Origin: Myxococcota bacterium
GTDB taxonomy: Bacteria > Myxococcota_A > UBA9160 > UBA6930
Assembly (NCBI GenBank): GCA_965223705.1
Contig: OZ245015.1
Coordinates: forward strand, 864,001 to 928,000
Direction: 5' to 3'
Length of the DNA stretch: 64,000 bases
This document shows positions 38,310-47,539 of this stretch, piece by piece. The notes beneath the pieces are model-generated. The model searched no databases and had not been told where the DNA came from. It saw nothing but the letters and a program-made list of their open reading frames with translations. Every line of letters starts with the position of its first letter. Positions within the stretch are counted from its first letter, which is position 1. A program made the position numbers and the translations under genes.

Positions 38310-39116
38310 GTGGCGGCATTACGAGAACACGAGGATCGCGTCGGGGACGCGGGGCTGCGGCAGCTTCGCGGCGGTCGAGGTCGCCCGCTGGTGCTCCTGC
38401 ACGATGAACTCGGCTTCCCGGGATGGATGCGTTGGAACGAAGCGCTCGCCGACCGCTTCGAGCAGTTCGTTCCGTTGCAGCCGGGATTCGGCGATACGCC
38501 GCGGGTCGACTGGGTGCGGAGCTATCGCGACCTCGCTGCACTCTACGCGCGGTGGGTCCGGTCACGGTTCTCTGGGCCCGTCGATGTGATCGGATTTTCC
38601 GCCGGCGGCTACATCGCCGCGGAAATGATCGCGGCGGATCCCGATCTTTTTGCGCGCGTGATGCTCGTCGCGCCCTTGGGCATCAAACCCGAAAAGGGAT
38701 TCATCTTCGATTTTCTCGCCGTGACGATCCGCGATCACCTTCGAGCAACGGTGGCACGAGAAGAGGCGCCCGAGTTCGCGAAAATCTACGGTGGTGAGAT
38801 GACACCGGAGCAGTTCGAACGTTTTGAAGACGCTCGAGCGGAGACCGCGCGGTTGGGTTGGGAGCCCTTTATGGTCGATCCGAGCCTCCCGTACCGACTG
38901 GGCGCGGTGACCGGGGTGCCGACCCTGGTCGTACGCGGGACCGCAGACGAGTTTCTGCCGCGAGACGCCGTCCTACAGTATCGCGACGCGATCGAGGGGG
39001 CGTCGTTGGTCGAGATCGAATCCGTGGGCCACCGCCCTGAGATCGAAGACCCGGAAGCATTTATCGCGGCCGTGGGCTCCTTCCTCGAAGAACAGGAGGC
39101 AACGAATCATGGGTGA
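38310..39116 (+). CDS. Alpha/beta hydrolase
   Basis: LVLLHD, PGFG, GFSAGG nucleophile elbow, GH.PEIE.P. Confidence 0.85.
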   Translation: MAALREHEDRVGDAGLRQLRGGRGRPLVLLHDELGFPGWMRWNEALADRFEQFVPLQPGFGDTPRVDWVRSYRDLAALYARWVRSRFSGPVDVIGFSAGGYIAAEMIAADPDLFARVMLVAPLGIKPEKGFIFDFLAVTIRDHLRATVAREEAPEFAKIYGGEMTPEQFERFEDARAETARLGWEPFMVDPSLPYRLGAVTGVPTLVVRGTADEFLPRDAVLQYRDAIEGASLVEIESVGHRPEIEDPEAFIAAVGSFLEEQEATNHG

Positions 39117-39990
39117 TCGTCTTCGCGACAAGGTGATTTACGTAACCGGCGGTGCCAGCGGGATGGGGCGTGCCGGCGTGCTGCGATTCATCGACGAGGG
39201 CGCGCGCGTCGTCGTGGCGGATTTAAACGAAGAAAACGGAAAACAGTTGGTGGCCGAGCTCGAGGGGAAGGGCCGCGGCTCCGCGGTTTGTTTCGTTCGG
39301 ACCGACGTATCCCGGGAAGAAGACGTCGCAGCGAGTATCGCTGCCGCGACGGAGAACTTCGGGCGACTCGACGTCGTGTGGAACAACGCCGGTCTCGGCG
39401 GCGCATTCGGCCCTATCACCGAAGTCTCTGTCGAAGACTGGGACTTCACGTTCGCCGTGTTGGTGCGAGGCGTGTTCCTCGGCACGAAGTACGGCGCACG
39501 CGCGCTCCTCGACCAGGGCCGAGGCGGATCGATCATCAACACCGCCTCGGTGGCCGGTCTCGCCGGCGGGCTGGGGCCCCACGCTTACTCCGCGGCGAAG
39601 GCCGCGGTCGTCAACCTGACGATGACCACCGCCGTCGAGCTTGGGCCGCATCACATTCGGGCGAACGCGATTCTGCCCGGCGGCATCCTCACCCCGCTGA
39701 TGCACGGTGGCAAGCCCGACGAGGCCGGGGCTCTCTTCGCCGAACTCCAACCGATCCCCGAGGTTGGACAGGTCGATGACATCGCGAATGCGGCGCTGTT
39801 TCTCGCGAGCGACGAGTCCGCGTTCATCACCGGGGAGGCGCTCAAGGTCGACGGGGGTCTGATGGCCGTTGGCGCCAAGACTTGGGGGCGCCTCGCGGGC
39901 AGCGAGCGCATCGGTGAGATCGCGGGCGTCAACCGAGGAACCACGGGGGAGCGTTCGGAGTTCCGCCGTCTCAACAAGGAGTCGTCGTGA
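39109..39990 (+). CDS. Short-chain dehydrogenase/reductase
   Basis: TGGASGMG, NNAG, YSAAK. Confidence 0.95.
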   Translation: MGDRLRDKVIYVTGGASGMGRAGVLRFIDEGARVVVADLNEENGKQLVAELEGKGRGSAVCFVRTDVSREEDVAASIAAATENFGRLDVVWNNAGLGGAFGPITEVSVEDWDFTFAVLVRGVFLGTKYGARALLDQGRGGSIINTASVAGLAGGLGPHAYSAAKAAVVNLTMTTAVELGPHHIRANAILPGGILTPLMHGGKPDEAGALFAELQPIPEVGQVDDIANAALFLASDESAFITGEALKVDGGLMAVGAKTWGRLAGSERIGEIAGVNRGTTGERSEFRRLNKESS

Positions 39991-40859
39991 AGACCGGCAT
40001 CTTCTGCATCCAGCCCGACAAAAAGAGCGACCCCGCCATCGTGGCGCGGCGCGCCGAAGAGCTTGGGTTCGGCTCGTACTTCGTGCCCGACCACACGATC
40101 TTTCCCGTGAACTACGAGACGAAATACCCGGGAAATCTCGGTAGTGGTCCCGACCCGGACTACCTGTGGAAGATGCCCGACCCTTTGGTCGCGCTGTCGC
40201 GAGCCGCAGCGGTGACGGAACGGCTCGAGCTCGGGACGGGCGTCTTGCTCGTCCCGGAACGCAACCCGCTGCACTTGGCGAAGGAGGTCGCGTCACTCGA
40301 CCATTTCAGCGACGGCCGTTTCCTGTTCGGGATCGGCGCCGGGTGGTGCAAGGAGGAGGCTGAGATCCTGGGTTGCGACTTCCCCCACCGCTGGAGCCAG
40401 GTGCGTGAGTGCATCGAAGTCATGAAGGCGTGCTGGACGGAAGATGAATCCGAGCACCACGGAAAGTACTACGACGTCCCGCCAGTGCGCTGTTACCCGA
40501 AGCCCGGACGTAAGCCGCACCCGCCCATCTTGCTGCCGAGCATCATGCTGGGCGGCCAGTGGGCCGAGCGCGTGTTTCGGCGCATGGCACGCTGGGCCGA
40601 TGGTTGGCTCCCGGTCGTCGAGAACATCGATCAACTCATCGACGGCAAGAATCAAATCGAGACCGTGGCCCGAGAGGAAGGTCGCGATCCCGACACGCTG
40701 CAGATTGTTCTGCTGGGTGCGCCCGGACAATGGAGGACGCGCGCAGAGCACAGACAGCTCGAGAAGGCGGGTATTTCCCACGTGGTCCTATGGCTGACCG
40801 GCGACGACGTGCACGCGATCGACCGGGAGCTGGTGGGACTCGCCGAAGAGCTCTTCTAG
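39987..40859 (+). CDS. LLM-class oxidoreductase, probably F420-dependent subfamily
   Basis: AEELGF, PDH, PDPLVAL, LGTGV..VPERNP..LAKEVASLD, GIGAGW. Confidence 0.85.
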   Translation: MKTGIFCIQPDKKSDPAIVARRAEELGFGSYFVPDHTIFPVNYETKYPGNLGSGPDPDYLWKMPDPLVALSRAAAVTERLELGTGVLLVPERNPLHLAKEVASLDHFSDGRFLFGIGAGWCKEEAEILGCDFPHRWSQVRECIEVMKACWTEDESEHHGKYYDVPPVRCYPKPGRKPHPPILLPSIMLGGQWAERVFRRMARWADGWLPVVENIDQLIDGKNQIETVAREEGRDPDTLQIVLLGAPGQWRTRAEHRQLEKAGISHVVLWLTGDDVHAIDRELVGLAEELF

Positions 40860-41872
40860 CCGCGCCGACGCATCCAAAAGCTCGCGCCGCCGGGCCAGCG
40901 GCCTGTCGCGAACGCAGGGAACGCTTCTCGCAGACGGTCCGGATAACGGCGGGCCATATACGAGCTGGTCCACACAATCTCGTAGCGGTCGTTGTGGCAG
41001 AGGAACGCCTGCAGCAAATACTGCTCATTGAAAAACGTCGCGTTCTCTTTGAGCCAAGCCCGGGGATATTCGTCGGGAAGGAAGATGTCGTGGACGTGCA
41101 CCACGACGCCGGGCGCGAGGCGGGGAAGGACTTCGAGGAACTCGAACACGACGTCGCCGCCGGTCCGAACGATATGTGTCGAGTCGATGAAGAGGACGTC
41201 GCCCGCCGCGAGTTGGGTGAAGGTCGACATCGGAACCGCTTCGACCCGTTCTCCGACGACTTTCGAAAGCCCGCCAAGCCCCGCATCGAGCGCACGGCGC
41301 AGCTTCGCGTCGGGGTACGGCTCGATCGCCATGAACTCGCACGGCGCGCCTTCTACGGCATTGGCGCGCAGCGCTTGGGCGGACAGGCGCGTCGAGTGGC
41401 CCGAGCCGATCTCGATCATCCGCCGCGGTTTGAGTTCGCGAAGGATCCCGTAGAGCATTTCGGCGTCCACCGCGCGGAAGCTCGAGTTGTCGAAGTAGAA
41501 CTGGCAGGGATCGTCGACGCGATCGAGAGGAAGCTGGCTCCACTCGCTCCCGTAGGCCTTCTCGAGGCGTTCGAGGAGCGCCAGTTGCTCTTCCAGGCGG
41601 AAATCGATTCCCGGCGGCGGATCGCGGGGCTCGAACAGCCCTTCAGAGAGAGTGCGCGTGTCCGGGTAGGGCGCGTAGTAGTGGACGCGAGAAATCTGGA
41701 GCCCGTTCCGTTCCCAGATATAGAAGAGCCGTCCGCGAGTCCACGAACCCGGGATCAGGCGACTGGCGAGCCAGACGAGCGGGCGACGCACCGCGCCGCC
41801 GACCCGCTTGCGGGCGCGCTTGAACCGACGTAGGACGCCGCGCAGGCCGCGCTCTCGATCGCTCACGGGCAC
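40856..41872 (-). CDS. Class I SAM-dependent methyltransferase (Methyltransf_24-like); start uncertain
   Basis: IEIGSGHST, IEPYP, LFIDSTH, HVHDIFLP.EYP, NEQYLL. Confidence 0.85.
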   Translation of the reverse strand: MPVSDRERGLRGVLRRFKRARKRVGGAVRRPLVWLASRLIPGSWTRGRLFYIWERNGLQISRVHYYAPYPDTRTLSEGLFEPRDPPPGIDFRLEEQLALLERLEKAYGSEWSQLPLDRVDDPCQFYFDNSSFRAVDAEMLYGILRELKPRRMIEIGSGHSTRLSAQALRANAVEGAPCEFMAIEPYPDAKLRRALDAGLGGLSKVVGERVEAVPMSTFTQLAAGDVLFIDSTHIVRTGGDVVFEFLEVLPRLAPGVVVHVHDIFLPDEYPRAWLKENATFFNEQYLLQAFLCHNDRYEIVWTSSYMARRYPDRLREAFPAFATGRWPGGASFWMRRRG

Positions 41873-42080
41873 ACCATACCGCGCGTGTTGACGCACCGCG
41901 TTGACGCGCCGCGTCTCGATAGGAACTTCCCCCCACGGGAATGTCGAAAAAAAGCTCCCCAAAGCAACTGCGGCGTTGTAAACAACGTAGACCCAAACAA
42001 GTAAGGCGTTCGCGCAGGTATCCGTGGAGTCACGCGCGCTCGCTCGCAGGGGAACCACTCCACACCTTTGAGGAACCTAC

Positions 42081-43454
42081 ATGGCCATTCGTAAGACCCT
42101 TCTGGGATTCGTCGTCGCGGCGTTCGCGATTGCGGGTCCGGCGCAGGCGGTCGGCCCGGACGTCACACTGAACTGGTTGAAAGAAAACCAGAACGCGACG
42201 CCTGCCTTCAAGCCTGGCGATGTGATCACGTTTGACAACGCCGATGTGCTCCGGCCCTTCGTGCCGCCTTCCTACCAAGGCATCATGATCCATCCGGACA
42301 TGAACATTGAGATTACTGAAACGTCAGACTTGTCTCCCGCGGACGTCTACAAGCAGGCGACGCTCCAGCACCAGGGTCAAGTGAAGCTGGCAGACGACGG
42401 TGCCATCGAGAACTACGTGGCTGGTCTTCCCTTCGATCCGGCGAAGTTCAAGCCCGAATCGAAGCCGCTCGAAAACGGCGACGGGTTCCGCGCGATCTGG
42501 AACTTCAACTTCCGCTGGCAGTCCCAGGGTCTGACCCTCCAGCGCTTCTACGGTACCTGGATCCGCGAAGGCGGTGAGCACGACGTAACGGGCCAGATCG
42601 AAAGTGGCTACGACGACATGCTCATGGGTGGCGGCGAGGTTCCGCGCATTCTGTGGGGCAACTACACCCGCGCGTACTTCAACTTCCGCTCCGACCTGCC
42701 GGACCAGGGTTACCGCATGAAGGGTGGCTGGGCCGACGGCACCGAGTTCCGCGAGCTCACGGCGTTTGACGAGCCCTTCGACATTCGGGGCACGGCGTTC
42801 CTGATCCTTCGCTACACGGACCCGCGCCGCGCCGACGACTCCTGGGCGTACATCCCGAACCTGCGCCGCGTGCGCCGTATTTCGGTCGAGGTGAAGTCGG
42901 ACTCGCTGCTCGGTACGGACCACACGATCGAGGACTTCTACGGCTTTGCCGGTCGCGTCCTCGAGCACGAGTGGCGCTACGTCGGCCGCGCGAAGATCCT
43001 CTGGATCCCGCGTTCGAAGTACCCCTACGCGAAGTTCCACGGTCCCAACGGTTGGGCGCAGCACGACCGCTGGGAGCTCCGCGACACCTACATCATCGAG
43101 CAGCTCCCGACCTTCCAGCCCGAGCACCCCTACATCCGCAAGTACATCTTCGTGGATGAGAACATGGGTGACTGCGCGTTCGCCGAGTCCTACGACCGCG
43201 GTGACGAGCTCTGGAAGGTGTGGCAGCTCTCGAAGATCTGGAGTGAGGACGACAACTTCTACCAGCAGCACCTGGGCACTCCCTCGGACGCTCACCGAGG
43301 CCTCCGGGTGGCGGCGTTCCAGTCGATCAACGTGATCGATCTGCAGAACGGCCGCGGTACGTTGTTCCCCTGCCAGGGCCACAACTACGTGCCGTACTCG
43401 CTGTCGAAGCTGAAGAAGGTCCTCGACGTGAACTACCTGTCTGAGGGTCGCTAG
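42081..43454 (+). CDS. DUF1329-like secreted protein (LolA-like fold)
   Basis: GAGG SD, signal peptide, YVAGLPF, DDSWAYIPNLRRVRR, YDRGDELWK; strongly C/G-ending codon usage. Confidence 0.85.
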   Translation: MAIRKTLLGFVVAAFAIAGPAQAVGPDVTLNWLKENQNATPAFKPGDVITFDNADVLRPFVPPSYQGIMIHPDMNIEITETSDLSPADVYKQATLQHQGQVKLADDGAIENYVAGLPFDPAKFKPESKPLENGDGFRAIWNFNFRWQSQGLTLQRFYGTWIREGGEHDVTGQIESGYDDMLMGGGEVPRILWGNYTRAYFNFRSDLPDQGYRMKGGWADGTEFRELTAFDEPFDIRGTAFLILRYTDPRRADDSWAYIPNLRRVRRISVEVKSDSLLGTDHTIEDFYGFAGRVLEHEWRYVGRAKILWIPRSKYPYAKFHGPNGWAQHDRWELRDTYIIEQLPTFQPEHPYIRKYIFVDENMGDCAFAESYDRGDELWKVWQLSKIWSEDDNFYQQHLGTPSDAHRGLRVAAFQSINVIDLQNGRGTLFPCQGHNYVPYSLSKLKKVLDVNYLSEGR

Positions 43455-43479
43455 ACCGAACCGGCCTAGCTCGGAATCT

Positions 43480-43516
43480 GGGGCGCCCGACTTCGGTCGG
43501 GCGCCCCTTTTCTTTT
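43480..43516 (+). terminator. Rho-independent terminator
   Basis: GGGGCGCCCGAC-TTCG-GTCGGGCGCCCC followed by TTTTCTTTT, just downstream of the 43454 stop. Confidence 0.92.
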
Positions 43517-43534
43517 GCTGCCCCCTCTTCAGTA

Positions 43535-43899
43535 CGGACGGGTCTCTGGCGAATCCCGCCGCTCCATGGTGGAGGCGTCAGGCCGCGGTTCCACCGGCGG
43601 GGATTCCTCCGCTCCATGGCTCGGCCGCAAAGGTACGCCTCGATCCGCGAGTGGCACCGAGAAGTGCCGGGATGGGTGCGGCCTGCGCTTTACTTCCGCT
43701 GCGGAATCCCCGCCGGCGAAACCGCGGACTCACACGAGAAGCTCGCGCCTACGCATACAGCGAATGACATCTCGCGCACATCCTCAATGCGAGGGTCTCC
43801 GGCGAATCCCGGAGCGGAAGTAAAGCGCAGCCGCACAACCCCACGCAGGCCCCGAACTCACAGGCGAGCCATGGAGCGCAGGGATTCGCCGGAGACCCG
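43535..43899. repeat. ~365-bp palindromic MITE/REP-composite element, copy A
   Basis: Terminal IRs GGGTCTCTGGCGAATCCC..GCTCCATGG / CCATGGAGC..GGGATTCGCCGGAGACCC; internal IR TGCGCTTTACTTCCGCT / AGCGGAAGTAAAGCGCA. Confidence 0.8.
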
Positions 43900-43902
43900 G
43901 CT

Positions 43903-44874
43903 TTAAGCGGCGCCCCTTCGGTGGGGCTCGTCGAAGTCGACGTCCGGACCGAGTGGAACGATTCCGTGCGGGTTTCGCTCGCGACTCGGGCTGTAGTAGC
44001 CGCGCTTGAAGGTTTCGAAATCGACGGTCTCCGCGACTCCCGGTACTTGGTAGAGCTCGCGCGCGTAGGGCCAGAGATACGTGTAGTCCGACAGACGCTG
44101 CAGATTGCAACGGAACGCTCCCACGTAGGCGACGTCGAAGCGCGCCAGCGTCGGGAAGAGGCGCCAATCGGCTTCGGTCATGGTGTCGCCGACGAGATAG
44201 CGGGAACTGACGAGGTGTTGATCGAGTCGGTCGAGGCATGCGAATAGGCCCTCGACCGCTTCTTCATACGCACTCTGGCTCGAGGCAAAGCCGGACCGGT
44301 AGACGCCGTTGTTGACTTCGCGATAGATCTCTTCGTTCCATTGATCGATCCGGGCGCGCAAAGGCTCGGGGTAGAAGTCGGGCGCAGCTGGAGCGAGATC
44401 GCAGAACGCGTCGTTCAGCATCCGAACGATGTCGGCCGATTCGTTGTTCACGATGCGCGAGGTCTCGCGATCCCAAAGCACGGGGACCGTCACCCGCCCG
44501 CTAAACGTCGGCTCGCTTCGCGTGTAGACCTCGTGAAGCGCTTCGCAACCGTGCAGCGGGTCATCGTGGCCGCCCGAGGGATCGAAGATCCAGCCGTCGG
44601 CGCTGCGCCGGGGCGCGACGTACGAGATGCTGATCAGGTCTTCGAGCCCCTTCAGTTTGCGAAAGATGGCCGTGCGATGAGCCCACGGGCACGTCATGGC
44701 GACGTAGAGGTGGTAGCGACCCGCTTCCGCGCGGAAGCCGCCGCGACCTGTGGCGCCAGCCGCACCGTCGCGCGTGATCCAGTTGCGCAGCGTGCTGTCC
44801 GGTCGTCGGAACCGACCGTCACTTGCTTGCGGTGGATCGTTTTCATGCCAGATGCCGTCGACGAGTCGTCCCAT
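43903..44874 (-). CDS. Glutathionyl-hydroquinone reductase (omega/xi-like GST, YqjG family)
   Basis: MGRLVDG.W, CPWAHR, GRVTVPVLWD, NNESADI, NNGVYRSGFA. Confidence 0.93.
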   Translation of the reverse strand: MGRLVDGIWHENDPPQASDGRFRRPDSTLRNWITRDGAAGATGRGGFRAEAGRYHLYVAMTCPWAHRTAIFRKLKGLEDLISISYVAPRRSADGWIFDPSGGHDDPLHGCEALHEVYTRSEPTFSGRVTVPVLWDRETSRIVNNESADIVRMLNDAFCDLAPAAPDFYPEPLRARIDQWNEEIYREVNNGVYRSGFASSQSAYEEAVEGLFACLDRLDQHLVSSRYLVGDTMTEADWRLFPTLARFDVAYVGAFRCNLQRLSDYTYLWPYARELYQVPGVAETVDFETFKRGYYSPSRERNPHGIVPLGPDVDFDEPHRRGAA

Positions 44875-44910
44875 GCACGGAACGCTAGCGCGTTCGTATC
44901 CTCGCCTCGT

Positions 44911-45281
44911 CGGACGGGCCTCCGCCGAATCCCTCCGCTCCATGGCTCGCCTGCGAGTTTTCGGAGCATGCAAGGATTGAGCACGGCTGCGCTTTACTTC
45001 CGCTCCGGGATCCGCCGGAGCCCCTCGACCGAGGAAGCGCGCAGAACGATCGACGCCTCGCGGTAGGTCGCAGCTTTTCGCATCATTCCGCGGTTCCGCC
45101 GGCGGGGATTCCGCAGCGGAAGTAAAGCGCAGGCCGCACCCATCGCGGCACGCCCGGGTGTTACTCGCGGACCGGGACGTACCTTTTGCGGCCGAGCCAT
45201 GGAGCGGAGGAATCCCCGCCGGCGGAACCGCGGCCTGTAGCCCCATCCTTGGAGCGGAGGGATTCGCCGGGGCCCCGTCCG
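44911..45281. repeat. ~370-bp palindromic element, copy B (reverse complement of copy A)
   Basis: Its reverse complement aligns end to end with 43535-43899, e.g. GATGGGTGCGGCCTGCGCTTTACTTCCGCTGCGGAATCCCCGCCGGCG is identical. Confidence 0.8.
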
Positions 45282-45287
45282 CGCCGG

Positions 45288-45773
45288 CTAGCGAACGAGC
45301 CCGAGCCGCTCGTGCCACTCCGCGATCGATTCCTCCGGGTACTCATCGAAGCGGCGATCGCCGCGGGCGAAGCGAGGCTCTACCCACGATGCTTTCGAGC
45401 CCAGCATCAAGTGCGTTCGTTCCGGTGGGACGGGTAGGGGCGTGTCGATTGCCGACGCGATCGGGTGAATCAACTCAGGCCAGCGTGGGTCGAAGAGCCA
45501 CAAAGGGCTTCCGCACTGGCCGCAGAAGCGACGGCCCGCTGGGCTCTCGACGATTTCGCCAGAGGCGTTCGTCATCTTCGCGTGGTAGACGCGAATCGCT
45601 TCTTCACCCGAAACGCGGAGGCTCTCGGCGCGAGCGCCGAGGTTGATCGCAAACCCGCCGCCCCCCGATGTCTTCCGGCAAATTCCACAGTAACAGACGT
45701 TGAATGGGTAGGGATGCGGCGAGTCGACGCTGAATTGAACCGCACCGCAGTGACACGACCCGTCGAGTTGCAC
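45288..45773 (-). CDS. GFA/CENP-V family zinc protein
   Basis: GSCHCGAV, CYCGICRK, RFCGQCGSPL. Confidence 0.92.
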   Translation of the reverse strand: MQLDGSCHCGAVQFSVDSPHPYPFNVCYCGICRKTSGGGGFAINLGARAESLRVSGEEAIRVYHAKMTNASGEIVESPAGRRFCGQCGSPLWLFDPRWPELIHPIASAIDTPLPVPPERTHLMLGSKASWVEPRFARGDRRFDEYPEESIAEWHERLGLVR

Positions 45774-45776
45774 GCC

Positions 45777-46874
45777 CTAGTTTTCCTTCGCGGTTTCCAT
45801 CTCCGCGAGCTTGGCCCATTTGACGGCCGGAGGCTCGTCTCCCGCGTCGAATGCGATCGCGACTTGCTCGTCGTTCTCCGACAACTCCGCCGCGTCGACG
45901 TCGGCGAAGCCCATGATGCCCATTTCTTCGTAAGCCTTTCGGATTCGCGGGCCCCACAGACCGATGTCTTTGATCGTCGGAACGATGCGGCTGAAGAGCG
46001 CACTGCGGAAGACTTTCATCGATTCCGAGTGCTCTACCCATTCCGAACATTCTTCTACCGGGAGACCCAACACCTCCCACACTTCGCGTGCCTGGAATCG
46101 GTCGCGCATGTGGTAACACGCCTCGACGGCGAACTCTTCGCGTTCGTCGCGTTCCTTGTCGGAGAGCTCGGGGTAGTAGTCGCGTAGCGCCAGTCGTCCG
46201 AACGCGACGTGGCGCGCTTCGTCCTGCATGACGTACGCGTTGACCTGCGAAGACAGGCTGTTCTTCGCCATGTCGCGAATTCCTTGGAACGCGGCGAGGG
46301 CGAGCCCTTCGATTAAGATCTGCATTCCCAGGTAGGTCATGTCCCAGCGCGAGTCCTCGATGACGTTCTCGAGCAACGAAAGTAGAGGAGGCGTGATGGG
46401 ATAGGCGAGTTCGAATTTTTCGTGGAGAAGACGCGAATACGTTTCGACGTGACGCGCTTCGTCGACAACCTGAGTTGCCGCGTAGTACTTCGCGTCCATG
46501 TGAGGCACTTGCTGCACAATCTTGGCCGTGCAGATCAAGGCGCCTTGTTCACCGTGGAGAAACTGGGAGTTCTGCCACGCTTGTTGATGGTGCCGGAGAC
46601 GCTGCGTCTCCTTTTTCGTCATCTTCTCCCAGATGGGCGAGCCGAACAGCGGCAACAACTCGTCGGGCATCTCCATGGGGTTTTCCGGGTCGAGGTCTTG
46701 TTTCCAGTCGATCCGGTCGTCCGCGTTCCACTGGAGCTTCTTCGCTTTCGTGTAGAGGTTCTCGAGACTCTCGCGACCGTCTTCGTATTCCCAGCGGAAG
46801 GTGGAGCGCAACGCGCAGTCGACGTCCCATCCTTCGCCGTCGGAGGGGATCGGATATCGCTCTCGGGTGCTCAT
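45777..46874 (-). CDS. Ferritin-like di-iron protein (AurF/N-oxygenase-like)
   Basis: SQFLHGEQGAL, two DEARH (EXXH) motifs, IEGLALAAF. Confidence 0.85.
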   Translation of the reverse strand: MSTRERYPIPSDGEGWDVDCALRSTFRWEYEDGRESLENLYTKAKKLQWNADDRIDWKQDLDPENPMEMPDELLPLFGSPIWEKMTKKETQRLRHHQQAWQNSQFLHGEQGALICTAKIVQQVPHMDAKYYAATQVVDEARHVETYSRLLHEKFELAYPITPPLLSLLENVIEDSRWDMTYLGMQILIEGLALAAFQGIRDMAKNSLSSQVNAYVMQDEARHVAFGRLALRDYYPELSDKERDEREEFAVEACYHMRDRFQAREVWEVLGLPVEECSEWVEHSESMKVFRSALFSRIVPTIKDIGLWGPRIRKAYEEMGIMGFADVDAAELSENDEQVAIAFDAGDEPPAVKWAKLAEMETAKEN

Positions 46875-47467
46875 TCGGGACTACCTCGCAGGTCGGGTGC
46901 TCGCAGGAGATCCCAGACCGCTTGTTCGGAACATTCATAGGTCGCTTCGTCGAGGGCGATACGGCCCTCGGCACGCGCTTTGTGAAGGCCGACGAACGCG
47001 CCGTAGGCCATCGAAATCAGAAGGACGGGCGGGTGGTCGCGGACGATCCCCGCCTTTTGGGCCCGCACGAGAAATTCGGCGACCCAGGCCAACAGCTCGT
47101 CGGCCAGCGCCCGGCTTTCGGGGTCGAGATAACTCTCGTGGTGGTGCGTCTCGATAAAGCAAAACGCCTGCGGATTCTTCTCCGCGAACTCCCACAGCCC
47201 GCGCCACAGGCCCTGGAATTCGTCGCGTAGAGATCCGCCGGTTGTCGCGCTACCGCGCAAATGGTGAAGGAGCTCGCGTTCGCATACGCGGAACACTTCG
47301 TTGCCGAGCGCTTCCTTGCTCTCGAAGTAGCGGTAGATCGTTCCTGCCCCGACCCCAGCGCGTTCGGCGATGAGGGGCATCGGTGTTCCCGCGAACGTGC
47401 GTTCGCTCATGAGGGCGAGTGCGGCATCGAGGATTGCGCTTCGCTTGTCCAGGACGGCAGCGGCCAT
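46871..47467 (-). CDS. TetR-family transcriptional regulator
   Basis: ILDAAL...IAERAGVGAGTIYRYFESKEAL. Confidence 0.93.
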   Translation of the reverse strand: MAAAVLDKRSAILDAALALMSERTFAGTPMPLIAERAGVGAGTIYRYFESKEALGNEVFRVCERELLHHLRGSATTGGSLRDEFQGLWRGLWEFAEKNPQAFCFIETHHHESYLDPESRALADELLAWVAEFLVRAQKAGIVRDHPPVLLISMAYGAFVGLHKARAEGRIALDEATYECSEQAVWDLLRAPDLRGSPE

Positions 47468-47539
47468 TTCGGGGAATTTAGCGGAATGAATGATCATTCC
47501 GCAACAAACTCTAGAATCCCCATCCGAAGGGGGTCGCCC

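Noticed and set aside
43535..45281. Repeats with variable spacers as a possible CRISPR array
   Set aside because: The units are inverted and nested rather than regularly spaced direct repeats, and no cas genes are present.
44875..45318. N-terminal extension of the 471-aa ORF and the similar short ORFs at 43515-43906
   Set aside because: These are translations of the palindromic repeat; the GST family N-terminus begins at MGRLVDG (44874).
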